A stretch of DNA of 64,000 nt from Myxococcota bacterium (GTDB lineage Bacteria > Myxococcota_A > UBA9160 > UBA4427): positions 1,920,001 to 1,984,000 of the forward strand of contig OZ252299.1 in assembly GCA_965250285.1 (NCBI GenBank), written 5' to 3'. Shown here piece by piece: positions 1 through 10,127 of the stretch (position 1 is its first letter; every line of letters begins with the position of its first letter). Below the pieces are notes generated by a model, which did not search any database, had not been told where the DNA came from, and worked only from the letters and a program-made list of their open reading frames with translations. The translations under genes and the position numbers were made by a program.

Positions 1-717
1 CTCGTCGTAGCCGACCGACAGCGCCTTCTGGATCTCTTCGGTGTACTGGTTGCCACCGGTCGTGATGTCACGTGTGAAGGCGGGCACGCCGTCCTGCACG
101 ATGTTGATGTTCACGACCTGGGCACCGATGTTCACCAACGCCACGATGCCCTCGGGCTCGGGCTCGTAGTTCAGCTCGTAGGCGTTCTCGATGGCAAAGG
201 CGGCGACGTCCACGGCCACCGGCGACAGGCCGGCCTCTTGGATCACCTGCACGTAGTCGTCGATGAGATCCTTCTTCGCCGCGACGAGCAGGACGTCCAT
301 CTGGCCCTCGTTCGTCGTGGTGTCAAGGATCTGGAAGTCGAGGTTGACCTCGTTCACGTCGAACGGGATGTACTGCTCGGCTTCCCACTGAATCTGGTTC
401 TCGAGTTCTTCTCGACTCATCATGGGAAGGCTGACCTTCTTGACGATGACCGAGTGACCCGCGACCGCGGCGGCGACTTCCTTCGTCTTGATCCGACCGG
501 TCTGCACGGCCTCCTGGATCGCTTCGACGATCGCGCTCGAGTTGAGGAAGGCGCCTTGGACGATGGCTTCGGCCGGCATCGGCGCGACGCCGAGGCTGCG
601 AAGCTCGAAGCCCTTGTCCTTCCCCTTCTGCACGATCTCGACGGCCTTCACACAGTTGGAGCCGATGTCGAGTCCGACGAGGCTCTTGCGACCGAAGCTG
701 GGCAACGAAAAGTTCAT
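1..717 (-). CDS. pilM: Type IV pilus assembly protein PilM (3' end runs off the window)
   Basis: My translation from ATG at 717: MNFSLPSFGRKSLVGLDIGSNCVKAVE...WEAEQYIPFDVNEVNLDFQIL...VLLVAAKKD...VNIGA...FTRDITTGG, the actin-like PilM motifs. Absent from the ORF track because it has no stop in the window. Confidence 0.93.
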   Translation of the reverse strand, partial: MNFSLPSFGRKSLVGLDIGSNCVKAVEIVQKGKDKGFELRSLGVAPMPAEAIVQGAFLNSSAIVEAIQEAVQTGRIKTKEVAAAVAGHSVIVKKVSLPMMSREELENQIQWEAEQYIPFDVNEVNLDFQILDTTTNEGQMDVLLVAAKKDLIDDYVQVIQEAGLSPVAVDVAAFAIENAYELNYEPEPEGIVALVNIGAQVVNINIVQDGVPAFTRDITTGGNQYTEEIQKALSVGYDE

Positions 718-740
718 ATTCGGGTTCTCCCTCCGAGCTC

Positions 741-1010
741 CTAGAGCCGGGGCTCCTCGTCCGCGATGGAAACGCTCGATTCGTCAGGCGGCGACACCGC
801 TTCGTCTGCGCCGAGCGCACCGAAGACACGATCCTTGTCGGAGACCTTGAAGCCGAGGGCGAGCAGGATCTTTCGCTTCGTATCGAGGCGGCACGGACGT
901 CCCGCCTCGACGCGATCGATCGTGAGCGTCGAGAGCCCGGCTTTACGGGCGAGCTCGGCCTTGCTCATCATGAGGTTCTCTCGATACCTCTGTACGTTGT
1001 TGCTGGGCAC
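741..1010 (-). CDS. Small XRE-family HTH protein upstream of pilM
   Basis: NNVQRYRENLMMSKAELARKAGLSTLTIDRVEAG is an HTH_3 pattern; GTG at 1010 has AGGAGG just upstream. Confidence 0.85.
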   Translation of the reverse strand: MPSNNVQRYRENLMMSKAELARKAGLSTLTIDRVEAGRPCRLDTKRKILLALGFKVSDKDRVFGALGADEAVSPPDESSVSIADEEPRL

Positions 1011-1067
1011 CGCACCTCCTCCGGATCTGCGACCGCGTGCGCGTGCACGCGAACCGGACTGAGGGAG

Positions 1068-1095
1068 GTATCGGCCCCGTGTTTCGGGGACTTGA
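1068..1095 (-). promoter_or_regulatory. Sigma28 (FliA)-type promoter for HTH-pilM
   Basis: Minus strand TCAA-N16-GCCGATAC, 58 bp upstream of the GTG. Confidence 0.8.
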
Positions 1096-1254
1096 GACAA
1101 CTGCGCTCCGGTTCGTTGTGTCGCGAATCACGATCCGGGGTAGGCAGCTCACTCGCGAAAGCCCCTTCGTCGAGGGATCGGGCGCCGGCAGCCGATTCGC
1201 AGCCGTCACGCGGCGCGCAAGCGCCTCGACTGCGCAGATTGGTGCATAATCCCC

Positions 1255-1282
1255 TCACCCGGGCGCCGAGTCGTGCCGATGA
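1255..1282 (+). promoter_or_regulatory. Weaker sigma28-type promoter for the PilR2-like gene
   Basis: TCAC-N16-GCCGATGA, 28 bp before TTG 1311. Confidence 0.5.
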
Positions 1283-1310
1283 ACCGGGTTGGAGCGACCG
1301 GAGGACCCCC

Positions 1311-2663
1311 TTGCCCGCACGCATCCTGCTCGCCGATCAACGCCCCGGTCAGCGCGAAGCCGTCGAGGCTGCGCTGAACGCGACCGACTGGCAACTCAGC
1401 GTCGCACCCGACGCCCGACGCGCCCTGGCTCTGCTCGCCGCTGATGGCGCCGAGGTCGCAATCTGTGATCCAGAGATGCCGGGGCTCGACGACTTCGAGC
1501 TCGCACCGCAGCTGCAGCGCAGAGAGCCCGCGCTCCAGATCGTGCTCTGCATCGAACGCGACGATCGCGGCCGCTTCGAGATGGCGCAGCGCCTCGGCGC
1601 AGCGGCGCTGATCGCCTACCCCCTCGACCCCGTCGAGCTCGCGTTCGCGATGGGCGAGACGCAGCGACGAATTCAACATCACCAGCGAACGCGTCTGCTC
1701 GAACGAGACCTGACCCTTGCCGTCGGCGAGAAACCGATCGTGGGCGCCAGTGAATCGATGATCGACCTGCTCGAAGCCATGGAGCGTGCGGCGGGATTCA
1801 AGACGCCGGTGCTGATTCGTGGCGAACGCGGAACGCACAGAGAAGTGCTCGCGCGAGCGATCCATACGCAGTCGCTCAGGCGGGCGGGCCCCTTCGTTGC
1901 GGTGCGCTGCAGCGCTGACACGCCCGACAGCATCGAACGCCAGCTCTTCGATGCGCCCCGTACAGACGGAGACAGCCGTCTGCTCGCGTACGTTCGCGCG
2001 GCCCAGGGCGGCACGCTGTTTCTCGACGAGTTGTCCGCGCTGTCGCCGGGTGCGCAGGCGCGGTTGCTGCACCTCCTCGACCACGAAGAGCTCGTCTCCT
2101 CCGAGACCGGCAAGTCGCACCCGGTCGACGTCCGGGTCATCGCCGCGACCCACTGCGACCTCGACGTGACCGGGAGCGACCCCAATGTCTCGGCCGAGCT
2201 GGCAGACCGACTCGGCGCGGCGCTGCTGAGCGTGCCCCCGCTGCGCGAGCGCGCCGATGACATCCCTCTGCTGATCGACCACGCCGTCGCTCGACTGCGC
2301 GCCGAGCTCGGCGTCGACGTCGAAGGCGTTTCGGATTCGGCCATGGACCGGCTCCGGCACTACGAGTGGCCCGGCAATCTCCGCGAGCTCGAGAACGTCG
2401 TCGAGCGTGCCATGCTGCTCGCGAAGACCGACCGAATCACGCTCCATGAGCTGCCGGCGGCCATCGCGACGGCCGTGCCGGAAGGCGGCGGAGGCCGCAA
2501 CGGCGACTTCTCGCTGCGCCGGGCGCGGCGCTCGTTCGAAGCCGAGATGATCCGTCGCGCTCTGCGCAAGACCGATGGCAACCGCACGCGCGCCGCGCGG
2601 CTCCTCGAGATCAGCCATCGCGCACTGCTCTACAAGATCAAGGAGTTTGGTCTCAGGGACTGA
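1311..2663 (+). CDS. Degenerate sigma54-type response regulator (REC-AAA+-Fis HTH), PilR2-like
   Basis: REC (ICDPEMPG), LFLDE, WPGNLRELEN, HTH GNRTRAARLLEISHRALLYKIKEFG; Walker A altered to GERGTHRE and no GAFTGA; start at TTG after GAGGA. Confidence 0.8.
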   Translation: MPARILLADQRPGQREAVEAALNATDWQLSVAPDARRALALLAADGAEVAICDPEMPGLDDFELAPQLQRREPALQIVLCIERDDRGRFEMAQRLGAAALIAYPLDPVELAFAMGETQRRIQHHQRTRLLERDLTLAVGEKPIVGASESMIDLLEAMERAAGFKTPVLIRGERGTHREVLARAIHTQSLRRAGPFVAVRCSADTPDSIERQLFDAPRTDGDSRLLAYVRAAQGGTLFLDELSALSPGAQARLLHLLDHEELVSSETGKSHPVDVRVIAATHCDLDVTGSDPNVSAELADRLGAALLSVPPLRERADDIPLLIDHAVARLRAELGVDVEGVSDSAMDRLRHYEWPGNLRELENVVERAMLLAKTDRITLHELPAAIATAVPEGGGGRNGDFSLRRARRSFEAEMIRRALRKTDGNRTRAARLLEISHRALLYKIKEFGLRD

Positions 2664-2717
2664 GCGGGTCGAGGTGCCGATCGGCGCGGTGCGTCGCGCG
2701 CCGTTCGCCGCGGGCCG

Positions 2718-4106
2718 TCAGTTCTCAGCGTCGGGATCGTCGAGACCGAGCTTCTCGAGCCGATACCTGAACGATCGAAACGAGATCCCGAGCAACCGGG
2801 CCGCGTGCTTCTTGACCCCGCCCGTCTTGCGAAGCGCTTCACGCAGCAGGCTGCGCTCATACTCGTCGACCAGGGACTCGAGCTTCACGCCCTCCTCGGG
2901 GATCACCACGCGACCGGGTGTCGGGCGCGATTCGGTGACCGTCGGGGGCAGCGCATCCAGCCCGATCACGCCGTCCTGCGAGAGCGCGACGGCACGCTCG
3001 ACCACGTTCTCGAGCTCGCGCACGTTGCCCGGGAACGCGTAGGCGATCAGCTCGCTCATCGCCTCGTCGGTCACGCGCTCGATGGGTCGCCCGAGCTCTT
3101 CGGCGTACTTCTCGACGAAGTGCTGGGCCAGGAGGGGCACATCCTCGCTGCGCTCGCGCAGCGCGGGAAGCGCGACCTGAATCACGTTCAATCGATAGTA
3201 CAGGTCTTCACGGAACCGCCCCTCGGCGACCTCTTGGGCGAGATCCCGGTTGGTGGCCGAGATGATCCGCACATCGACGCGCTTGTCGTTCGTGCCGCCG
3301 ACCCGCCGAATCGTCTTCTCCTGAATCGCACGCAGCAGCTTGACCTGCAGGGCCGGCGAGAGCTCACCGATCTCGTCGAGCAGCAGAGAGCCGCCGTCGG
3401 CCGCCTCGAAGAGCCCCTCTTTGTTCTGAACCGCACCGGTGAAAGAGCCCTTCACGTGGCCGAAGAGCTCGCTCTCGAGGAGGTTCTCGGGGATCGCGCC
3501 GCAGTTGAGCGCGACGAAAGGCTGATCCGATCGGTCGCTCTGATCATGAATCGCGCGGGCGACGAGCTCCTTGCCGGTGCCGCTCTCGCCCGAGATGAGC
3601 ACGTTCGTCTTCGTCCCGGCGACCTGGGCTACCAGGTCGAAGACGCGTTGCATGGCCTCGCCCGAGCCGATGATGTGACGGGGGCGGGCCTGGCTGCGAA
3701 GCTCCGTCTTGAGTCGCTTGTTCTCGCTCGACAGGCGCTTCTTCTCGAGCGCCTTCTCGACGACGATGCGCATCTCGTCGACTTTGAACGGCTTCGTCAC
3801 GTAGTCGTACGCGCCATCCTTCATCGCGGCGATGGCGCTGTCCGTGGTCGCAAAGGCAGTCACGACGATCACCGGCGTCTCGGGCGTCACGTCGCGGGCG
3901 ACCTGGAGCAGATCGAGACCGGTCTTGCCAGGCATCTGCATGTCGGTGATGACGAGATCGATCTCGTCATTCTCGAGCACGAGCGCCGCTGTATCGACAC
4001 TCTCCGCCGTCTCGACTTCGAAACCCTCGCGGCGGAAGAAGATCTCGAGGAACTCGCGCATGCTGCGCTCGTCGTCGACGACCAGAATCTTGTGGGGGTC
4101 GCTCAT
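2718..4106 (-). CDS. pilR: Sigma54-dependent response regulator PilR
   Basis: REC, GESGTGKE, ESELFGHVKGSFTGA, HTH ISFRSFRYRL; directly follows pilS. Confidence 0.88.
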   Translation of the reverse strand: MSDPHKILVVDDERSMREFLEIFFRREGFEVETAESVDTAALVLENDEIDLVITDMQMPGKTGLDLLQVARDVTPETPVIVVTAFATTDSAIAAMKDGAYDYVTKPFKVDEMRIVVEKALEKKRLSSENKRLKTELRSQARPRHIIGSGEAMQRVFDLVAQVAGTKTNVLISGESGTGKELVARAIHDQSDRSDQPFVALNCGAIPENLLESELFGHVKGSFTGAVQNKEGLFEAADGGSLLLDEIGELSPALQVKLLRAIQEKTIRRVGGTNDKRVDVRIISATNRDLAQEVAEGRFREDLYYRLNVIQVALPALRERSEDVPLLAQHFVEKYAEELGRPIERVTDEAMSELIAYAFPGNVRELENVVERAVALSQDGVIGLDALPPTVTESRPTPGRVVIPEEGVKLESLVDEYERSLLREALRKTGGVKKHAARLLGISFRSFRYRLEKLGLDDPDAEN

Positions 4107-5857
4107 CGACTCTCCTCGGCCGGGGATGCGAAGCGCGGCAGCCGCACGCGGAAGGTGGTTCCGAGCCCCAACCGGCTCTCGAGGAGCAGCTCACCGCCAT
4201 GCCGCTCGACGATCGAGTGCACGGTGGCGAGGCCGAGGCCCGTCCCCTCCTCCTTCGTCGTGAAGAAGGGTTCGAAGACTTCGGCCTGAAGCTCGTCGGG
4301 GATGCCCTCGCCCGTATCCGAAACAGCGAGCTCCACCCATCCGGCTTCGCCCCAGACCGCGCCCCTCTCCTCGTTACGGACGTTCGAACGCACGTCTTGA
4401 GCCGCCTCTCGGCCGCCCGACGAGACCGTGACTCTCAGGCAGCCGCCCTTGGACATGGCCTGAACGGCGTTCAAGCAAAGGTTCCAGACCACCTGACGCA
4501 GCTGTCGTTCGTCGCCGAGGGCAGCCGCATCGCCTTCCTCCGGGCCCTCTGCACGAATGTCGGCCGGCAATGTCCCACCGAGCACCTTCAAGACCTCATC
4601 GGCGAGCGGCGCGAGTGCGACCCTCTCACGCAAGGGAGGCGCAGGTCGCGAGAACTGCAGGAAGTCGGTGATCAGCTGATTCAGCCGCTCGGTCTCGCGC
4701 AACACGATATCCATGAGCGCACCGGTCTCGGGGCCTTCCGGGATCTGACCGCTGCTCTTGAGGATCTCGATCGAGCCCGAGATCGACGCCAGCGGGTTCC
4801 GGATCTCGTGCGCGATCTTCGCCGCCATTCCACCGACTGCGGCCATGCGCTCCGAGCGCCGAAGCTCGCGCTCCATCGACACGACCTCGGTGACGTCGGT
4901 GAAGATGATCACGTGCCCGATCGGGTCCGCCGCCTCGTCGCGCAGCACCGATCCCGCCAAACCGAGCCAAAGCTCTTCGCCGCGGTCATTGTCGTACACG
5001 AGGCGTGCCCGATCTGGCTGCAGACCCGGGTCGCTGAGCCGCTCCTTCAACGCCACGTCCGTCGCACCGGGGATCAGATCCTCGAGCGCCACGCCGATCG
5101 CATCGCGCGCGCGCATCCCGGTGATTCGTTCGGCCTCGGGGTTGAACGACGTGATGCGACCCTCGAGATCGATCGTCAGCAGCCCGCTCATGATGCTCTC
5201 GATCGTGCGCTGATAGAGATCCCGCAAGACGCGCAGATCGCTCGTCCGCTGATCGAGCGCGCGCCCCGTTCGGTGAAGCTCGCCCGAGAGCACGCTGGCC
5301 AGCAGCCCGACGAGGTACAGTGCCGCGACGTGCACGCCCCAGGTCGCCACTGCGACCGAGAACGCCGACTCGCTCGCGTAGCCCGACTCGGGCATCGATA
5401 CGAAGCGACCCCCGAACAGCACCGCGCCATAGGCGGCCGATGACAGCGTCGCCGCGACCACAGCGCCGGAGCGCCGAAAGAGCACGGCACCGTACACCGT
5501 CACCAGCACGTACAGGAACGTGAAGATCGACTCGAGACCGCCCGTGAAGTACACGAGCGAAGAGACGATGCCGACGTCCGTCGCAATCTGGAGCGTGACC
5601 GCGAGCCGGTCGCTCCATCGCCTGCGTTCGCCGATCGCGAAGACGACCGTCATGAAGAACGCGGCCGCGACGGTGTAGTAGAGCCCGTTGCGCGACGCGA
5701 CGGGCAGCTCGCGACCCAGCGCATGAAGCCCGAGCGTCACACCGAAGCAGGCGAGGATCACGCCGAGACGTGCGGCGGTGAGCCCCATCAGCCTGCGACG
5801 GTCCTCCGAGACCGACCGGCGCTCGAGCGCACCCCCCTCTTCGCTGAGCGTCCTCAT
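4103..5857 (-). CDS. pilS: Sensor histidine kinase PilS
   Basis: Multiple N-terminal TM helices, PAS, AHEIRNPL, G-boxes DTGEG and GTGLGL; lies between pilC and pilR. Confidence 0.85.
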   Translation of the reverse strand: MRTLSEEGGALERRSVSEDRRRLMGLTAARLGVILACFGVTLGLHALGRELPVASRNGLYYTVAAAFFMTVVFAIGERRRWSDRLAVTLQIATDVGIVSSLVYFTGGLESIFTFLYVLVTVYGAVLFRRSGAVVAATLSSAAYGAVLFGGRFVSMPESGYASESAFSVAVATWGVHVAALYLVGLLASVLSGELHRTGRALDQRTSDLRVLRDLYQRTIESIMSGLLTIDLEGRITSFNPEAERITGMRARDAIGVALEDLIPGATDVALKERLSDPGLQPDRARLVYDNDRGEELWLGLAGSVLRDEAADPIGHVIIFTDVTEVVSMERELRRSERMAAVGGMAAKIAHEIRNPLASISGSIEILKSSGQIPEGPETGALMDIVLRETERLNQLITDFLQFSRPAPPLRERVALAPLADEVLKVLGGTLPADIRAEGPEEGDAAALGDERQLRQVVWNLCLNAVQAMSKGGCLRVTVSSGGREAAQDVRSNVRNEERGAVWGEAGWVELAVSDTGEGIPDELQAEVFEPFFTTKEEGTGLGLATVHSIVERHGGELLLESRLGLGTTFRVRLPRFASPAEESR

Positions 5858-5880
5858 CCGGGGGGAGACTCTCGGGCGGA

Positions 5881-7092
5881 TCAGCCGATCGCGTCGGCGA
5901 TCGTGAAGATCGGAAGGTACATGGCGACGAGGATCGAACCGATCGAGCCACCCATGAACACCATCATGATGGGCTCGAGCATCGAAGTGAGCGCGCCAAC
6001 GGCAGCGTCGACCTCTTCGTCGTAGAAGTCGGCGATCTTGGTCAGCATGATCTCCATCGAACCCGTCTCTTCACCCACGGCCACCATCTGCACCATCATC
6101 CCCGGGAAGACCTTCGAGCCCTGAAGCGGCTCGGCGATGGTCTTGCCCTCTGAGATCGACTGACGCGTCGCCTGGATCTCTTCTTCGATGATCATGTTGC
6201 CGGCGGTTCGAGCGACGATGTCGAGACCATCGAGGATCGGCACACCACTCGAGATCATCGTTCCCAGCGTCCGCGTGAAGCGGGCCACCGCGACCTTCTT
6301 GATGATGTTGCCGAAGATGGGCAGCTTGAGCGCCAGCTGGTCGGTGCGATATCGGAACGGAACGCTGCGCTTCCGCGCCTGGCTGAATGCGACGTAGATC
6401 GTGACGAAGCCACCGATCAGATACTGAATGTAGGCCTGCAGCCAGTTCGAGATCCCGATCACGGTCTGGGTCGGACCAGGCAACGTGCCGCCGAAGTCGG
6501 CGAACATCTTCTCGAAGACCGGAATCACCTTCACGAGGAGGAGCACGATACAAGCGATCGCGATCACCGTAACGGTCGTCGGGTAGACCATCGCGCCCTT
6601 CAGCTGCTTGGCGAGCTTGTCGGCCTTCTCCAGCTGCACCGCCAGGCGGTTGAGGATCGTGTCGAGAATACCGCCGACCTCACCGGCAGCGACCAGGTTC
6701 ACATACAGCGAATCCCAGACGTGCGGATGCTTCGCGAGCGAATCGGCGAATGTGGCGCCCTGCTCGACGTCGTTGCGGACCTCCTTGAGGGCCTTCTTGA
6801 ACGTCGGGTTCTCCTGCTGGTCGCCGAGGATCTGGAGGCACTGAACCAGGGGCAGACCGGCGTCCACCATGACGGCGAACTGCCGCGTGAACACGACGAG
6901 GTCTCGCACCGTCACCTTCGGCTGAAGGAAGGTGAAGATCTCGCTGATGTCCTTGGGCTTCTCCTTGACCTTTCCCGGCACGATGCCCTGGGAGCGCAGC
7001 TGCCCCATCACGGCTTCGGCGGTGGCCGCCTCGAGCTCGCCCTTCTTCATCGCGCCGTCGCGCGTCTTTCCCTGCCAGAGGTAGATGGGCAT
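5881..7092 (-). CDS. pilC: Type IV pilus platform protein PilC
   Basis: FTRQFAVMVDAGLPL, AGEVGGILD, VGEETG, LEPIM...MYLPIF. Confidence 0.95.
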   Translation of the reverse strand: MPIYLWQGKTRDGAMKKGELEAATAEAVMGQLRSQGIVPGKVKEKPKDISEIFTFLQPKVTVRDLVVFTRQFAVMVDAGLPLVQCLQILGDQQENPTFKKALKEVRNDVEQGATFADSLAKHPHVWDSLYVNLVAAGEVGGILDTILNRLAVQLEKADKLAKQLKGAMVYPTTVTVIAIACIVLLLVKVIPVFEKMFADFGGTLPGPTQTVIGISNWLQAYIQYLIGGFVTIYVAFSQARKRSVPFRYRTDQLALKLPIFGNIIKKVAVARFTRTLGTMISSGVPILDGLDIVARTAGNMIIEEEIQATRQSISEGKTIAEPLQGSKVFPGMMVQMVAVGEETGSMEIMLTKIADFYDEEVDAAVGALTSMLEPIMMVFMGGSIGSILVAMYLPIFTIADAIG

Positions 7093-7167
7093 CGAATCAC
7101 CCTCCGCCGGACGAGCCGGCATTCGAACTCAGGAGCGCGCCGTGGCGGCGCCTCCGCGTCAATCGAA

Positions 7168-8247
7168 CTAGCGCGCTGCGCCGCCCGCCTTCATGATCAG
7201 TTGCTTCAGCTCGTCCGTGTCGGGGCTGCGGCCCTCGGCCCGGTCCATGTCGATCATGCGCCGCTGCACCAACGAGGCGAGCGACTGATTCATCGTCTGC
7301 ATGCCGAACTTCTGCTGCCCGACCTGCATCGACGAGTAGATCTGATGGATCTTGTCCTCGCGAATCAGGTTGCGGATCGCGGCATTCGGCACCATGACCT
7401 CGAGCGCCATCGCACGCCCCGGCCCATTCGCCCGCGGCAGCAGCGTCTGGCTCACGACCCCTTCGAGCACGAACGAGAGCTGCTGACGAATCTGCGACTG
7501 CTGATAGGGCGGGAACACGTCGACGATTCGGTTGATCGTCTGCACGGCCGAGTTCGTGTGCAGCGTCGCGAACGCGAGGTGGCCCGTTTCGGCGACGGTC
7601 AACGCCGCCTCGATGGTCTCGAGATCGCGGAGCTCACCGATCAGCACCACATCGGGGTCCTGGCGCAGGATGTACTTCAGAGCTTTCTTGAAGCTCTCGG
7701 TATCGGCGCCGACCTCGCGCTGGTTCACCACGCAGTTCTTGTGCGGGTGCAGGTACTCGATCGGGTCCTCGACCGTGACGATGTGTTCGTTTCGCTCGGT
7801 GTTGATCTTGTCGATCATCGTCGCCAGCGTGGTCGACTTGCCCGAGCCGGTCGGCCCGGTGACGAGAATGAGCCCGCGCGGCTTCTCCGAGAGCTCGGCC
7901 ATGACCGGCGGCAGCCCGAGATCCTCGAACGTCATGATCTTGAATGGGATGGCACGAAAGACGCCAGCGACGTTGCCGCGCTGAATGAAGACGTTGCCCC
8001 GGAAGCGGGAGAGCTTTTGCACACTGAAGGAGAGATCGAGCTCGTTCGTCTCCTCGAACTTGTGCTTCTGCGCGTCGGTCAGCACCGAGTAGCAGAGCTG
8101 CTTGGTCTCCTGCGGCGAGAGCGGCGGCATCTTGAGCGGGCACAGCTTGCCGTCGATTCGAAGCTGCGGCGGGGTCCCCGTCGTGATGTGGAGATCACTC
8201 GAGCCCTTCTCGATCATTGCCTTGAGCAGCTGGTGCATGTTGGCCAT
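7168..8247 (-). CDS. pilT: Pilus retraction ATPase PilT
   Basis: SDLHIT, GPTGSGKSTT, LRQDPD, ETGHL, AIRNLIRE; start MANMHQLL at 8247. Confidence 0.96.
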   Translation of the reverse strand: MANMHQLLKAMIEKGSSDLHITTGTPPQLRIDGKLCPLKMPPLSPQETKQLCYSVLTDAQKHKFEETNELDLSFSVQKLSRFRGNVFIQRGNVAGVFRAIPFKIMTFEDLGLPPVMAELSEKPRGLILVTGPTGSGKSTTLATMIDKINTERNEHIVTVEDPIEYLHPHKNCVVNQREVGADTESFKKALKYILRQDPDVVLIGELRDLETIEAALTVAETGHLAFATLHTNSAVQTINRIVDVFPPYQQSQIRQQLSFVLEGVVSQTLLPRANGPGRAMALEVMVPNAAIRNLIREDKIHQIYSSMQVGQQKFGMQTMNQSLASLVQRRMIDMDRAEGRSPDTDELKQLIMKAGGAAR

Positions 8248-8285
8248 GGTGAATCGATTCCTTCGCGGTCCGGCGCCTGCCCGAC

Positions 8286-9983
8286 CTAGTCGATCGTCGA
8301 AACGCGGAAGACTTCGCTGAGCGTCGTGACGCCTTCCATCATCTTCTTCAACGCCGATCGGCGGAGGGACTGCATCCCACCACGGACGGCCTCGCGCTTG
8401 ATCTCGGCGGCCGAAGCACCGTTCAGAACGAACTCCTTGAGCTCGTCGGTCATGACCATGACCTCGTAGATGGCGACTCGGCCCTTGAAGCCGGTCTCCG
8501 AACAGTTGCTGCAGCCCGCGCCCTTCTTCGGCTGGAACGACGTCGACTCCTCCTCGGAGAGGCCGGCCGCGACCAGGTCGTCCTTGAGGACCTCGGGGTC
8601 GTCGGTCACACACTCGGGACAGATCCGGCGAGCCAGACGCTGGGCCACGATGCAGTTGACGGCGGACGAAACGAGGAAGGGCTCGATGCCCATGTTGAGC
8701 AGGCGGTTGATCGTGGACGGCGCGTCGTTCGTATGCAGCGTCGAGAGCACCATGTGGCCGGTGAGCGCGGCCTTGACCGCGATCTCGGCCGTCTCGAAGT
8801 CACGAATCTCACCGACCATGATGATGTCGGGGTCCTGACGCAGGAACGATCTGAGCGCTGCAGCGAAGTTCAGGCCGATGTCTTCGTGCATCTGTACCTG
8901 GTTGATGCCGCCGAGATTGAACTCGACGGGATCTTCGGCCGTCGACAGGTTCTCGCCGGGGGTGTTGAGCTCGGCGAGCGCCGAGTAGAGCGTGGTCGTC
9001 TTACCCGAACCGGTCGGGCCGGTCACCAGCACCATGCCGAACGGCAGATGAATGGCCCCCTGAAAGTCGGTGAGCTGGTGCTCCTCGAAACCGAGCTTGG
9101 TCATGTCGAGCTGAAGATTGCTCTTGTCGAGGAGACGCAGGACCACCTTCTCGCCGAAGAGCGTCGGCAGCACCGAGACACGAAAGTCCATTTCGCGGCC
9201 CTTACCGAGCTTCAGCTTGATGCGGCCATCCTGCGGCAGACGCCGCTCGGCGATGTCGAGCGCAGACATGATCTTGAGTCGAGAAGTGATCGCGTTCTTG
9301 AGCTTGAGCGGCGGCTTCATCACCTCGTAGAGGACGCCGTCGATGCGATATCGCACCCGAAACGACTTCTCGTACGGCTCGATGTGAATATCCGACGTGT
9401 TTCGCTTGATCGCGTCGGTCAGGATCAGGTTGACGAGCTTGACGACCGGCGCATCCTCGGCCTCCTTGCCCGCCTCGGCCGCGTTGAATTCGTCTTCGGC
9501 CTCGACGACGTCGATCCCGTCATCGTCGAAGCCGGCCATGACGTCCTCGAGCACGTCGGCCTGCTCATAGTGCGCTTCGATCGTGGCGCGGATCGTCTCC
9601 TCGGAGGCAACGACCGGCTGGATGTTGTACCCGGTGAGGAACTTGATGTCGTCGAGCGCGAAGATGTTCGACGGATCGGGGGTCGCCAGGATCAGCGTCG
9701 AGCCCGCGCGGTTCACGGGCACCACGGTGTGCTTGAGCGCGACTTCTTCGGGAATGAGCTCGATGACTTCGGGGTCGATCTCGAAGTCCGAGAGGCTGAT
9801 CGAAGGCACGCCGTACTGCTTGGCGACGAAGTCGGTGAGCTCTCCCTCTTCGAGGAAGCCGAGCTTCGTGATCTGCGCGCCGAGACGTTCGCCCTTCGAC
9901 GCGGCCTCTGCGCGCGCCTTCTGAAGCTGCTCGGTCGAGAGCAGATTTTCTTTGACCAGGAGCTCGCCAATGCGCTCGTTCAC
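8286..9983 (-). CDS. pilB: Pilus assembly ATPase PilB
   Basis: MshEN-like RIGELLV N-terminus, SDIHIEP, GPTGSGKTTT, RQDPD, Zn-binding CxxC pairs. Confidence 0.96.
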   Translation of the reverse strand: MNERIGELLVKENLLSTEQLQKARAEAASKGERLGAQITKLGFLEEGELTDFVAKQYGVPSISLSDFEIDPEVIELIPEEVALKHTVVPVNRAGSTLILATPDPSNIFALDDIKFLTGYNIQPVVASEETIRATIEAHYEQADVLEDVMAGFDDDGIDVVEAEDEFNAAEAGKEAEDAPVVKLVNLILTDAIKRNTSDIHIEPYEKSFRVRYRIDGVLYEVMKPPLKLKNAITSRLKIMSALDIAERRLPQDGRIKLKLGKGREMDFRVSVLPTLFGEKVVLRLLDKSNLQLDMTKLGFEEHQLTDFQGAIHLPFGMVLVTGPTGSGKTTTLYSALAELNTPGENLSTAEDPVEFNLGGINQVQMHEDIGLNFAAALRSFLRQDPDIIMVGEIRDFETAEIAVKAALTGHMVLSTLHTNDAPSTINRLLNMGIEPFLVSSAVNCIVAQRLARRICPECVTDDPEVLKDDLVAAGLSEEESTSFQPKKGAGCSNCSETGFKGRVAIYEVMVMTDELKEFVLNGASAAEIKREAVRGGMQSLRRSALKKMMEGVTTLSEVFRVSTID

Positions 9984-10099
9984 GAGCCACCCCCTCCGCA
10001 GCCGGTGCGTGCGCTCCTTCGAGAAACGCGCGCGCGCCGAACGACAGCTGACTTCGAAGCCCCAGTTGCTTCACGCAAAAGGGCCGCAATCTCGCTGGG

Positions 10100-10127
10100 T
10101 TATCGGAAGGTGATCGGAGCGACTTTA
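10100..10127 (-). promoter_or_regulatory. Sigma28-type promoter for pilB-pilT-pilC-pilS-pilR
   Basis: Minus strand TAAA-N16-TCCGATAA, 117 bp upstream of the pilB start; the -35 overlaps the upstream TAA stop. Confidence 0.8.
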
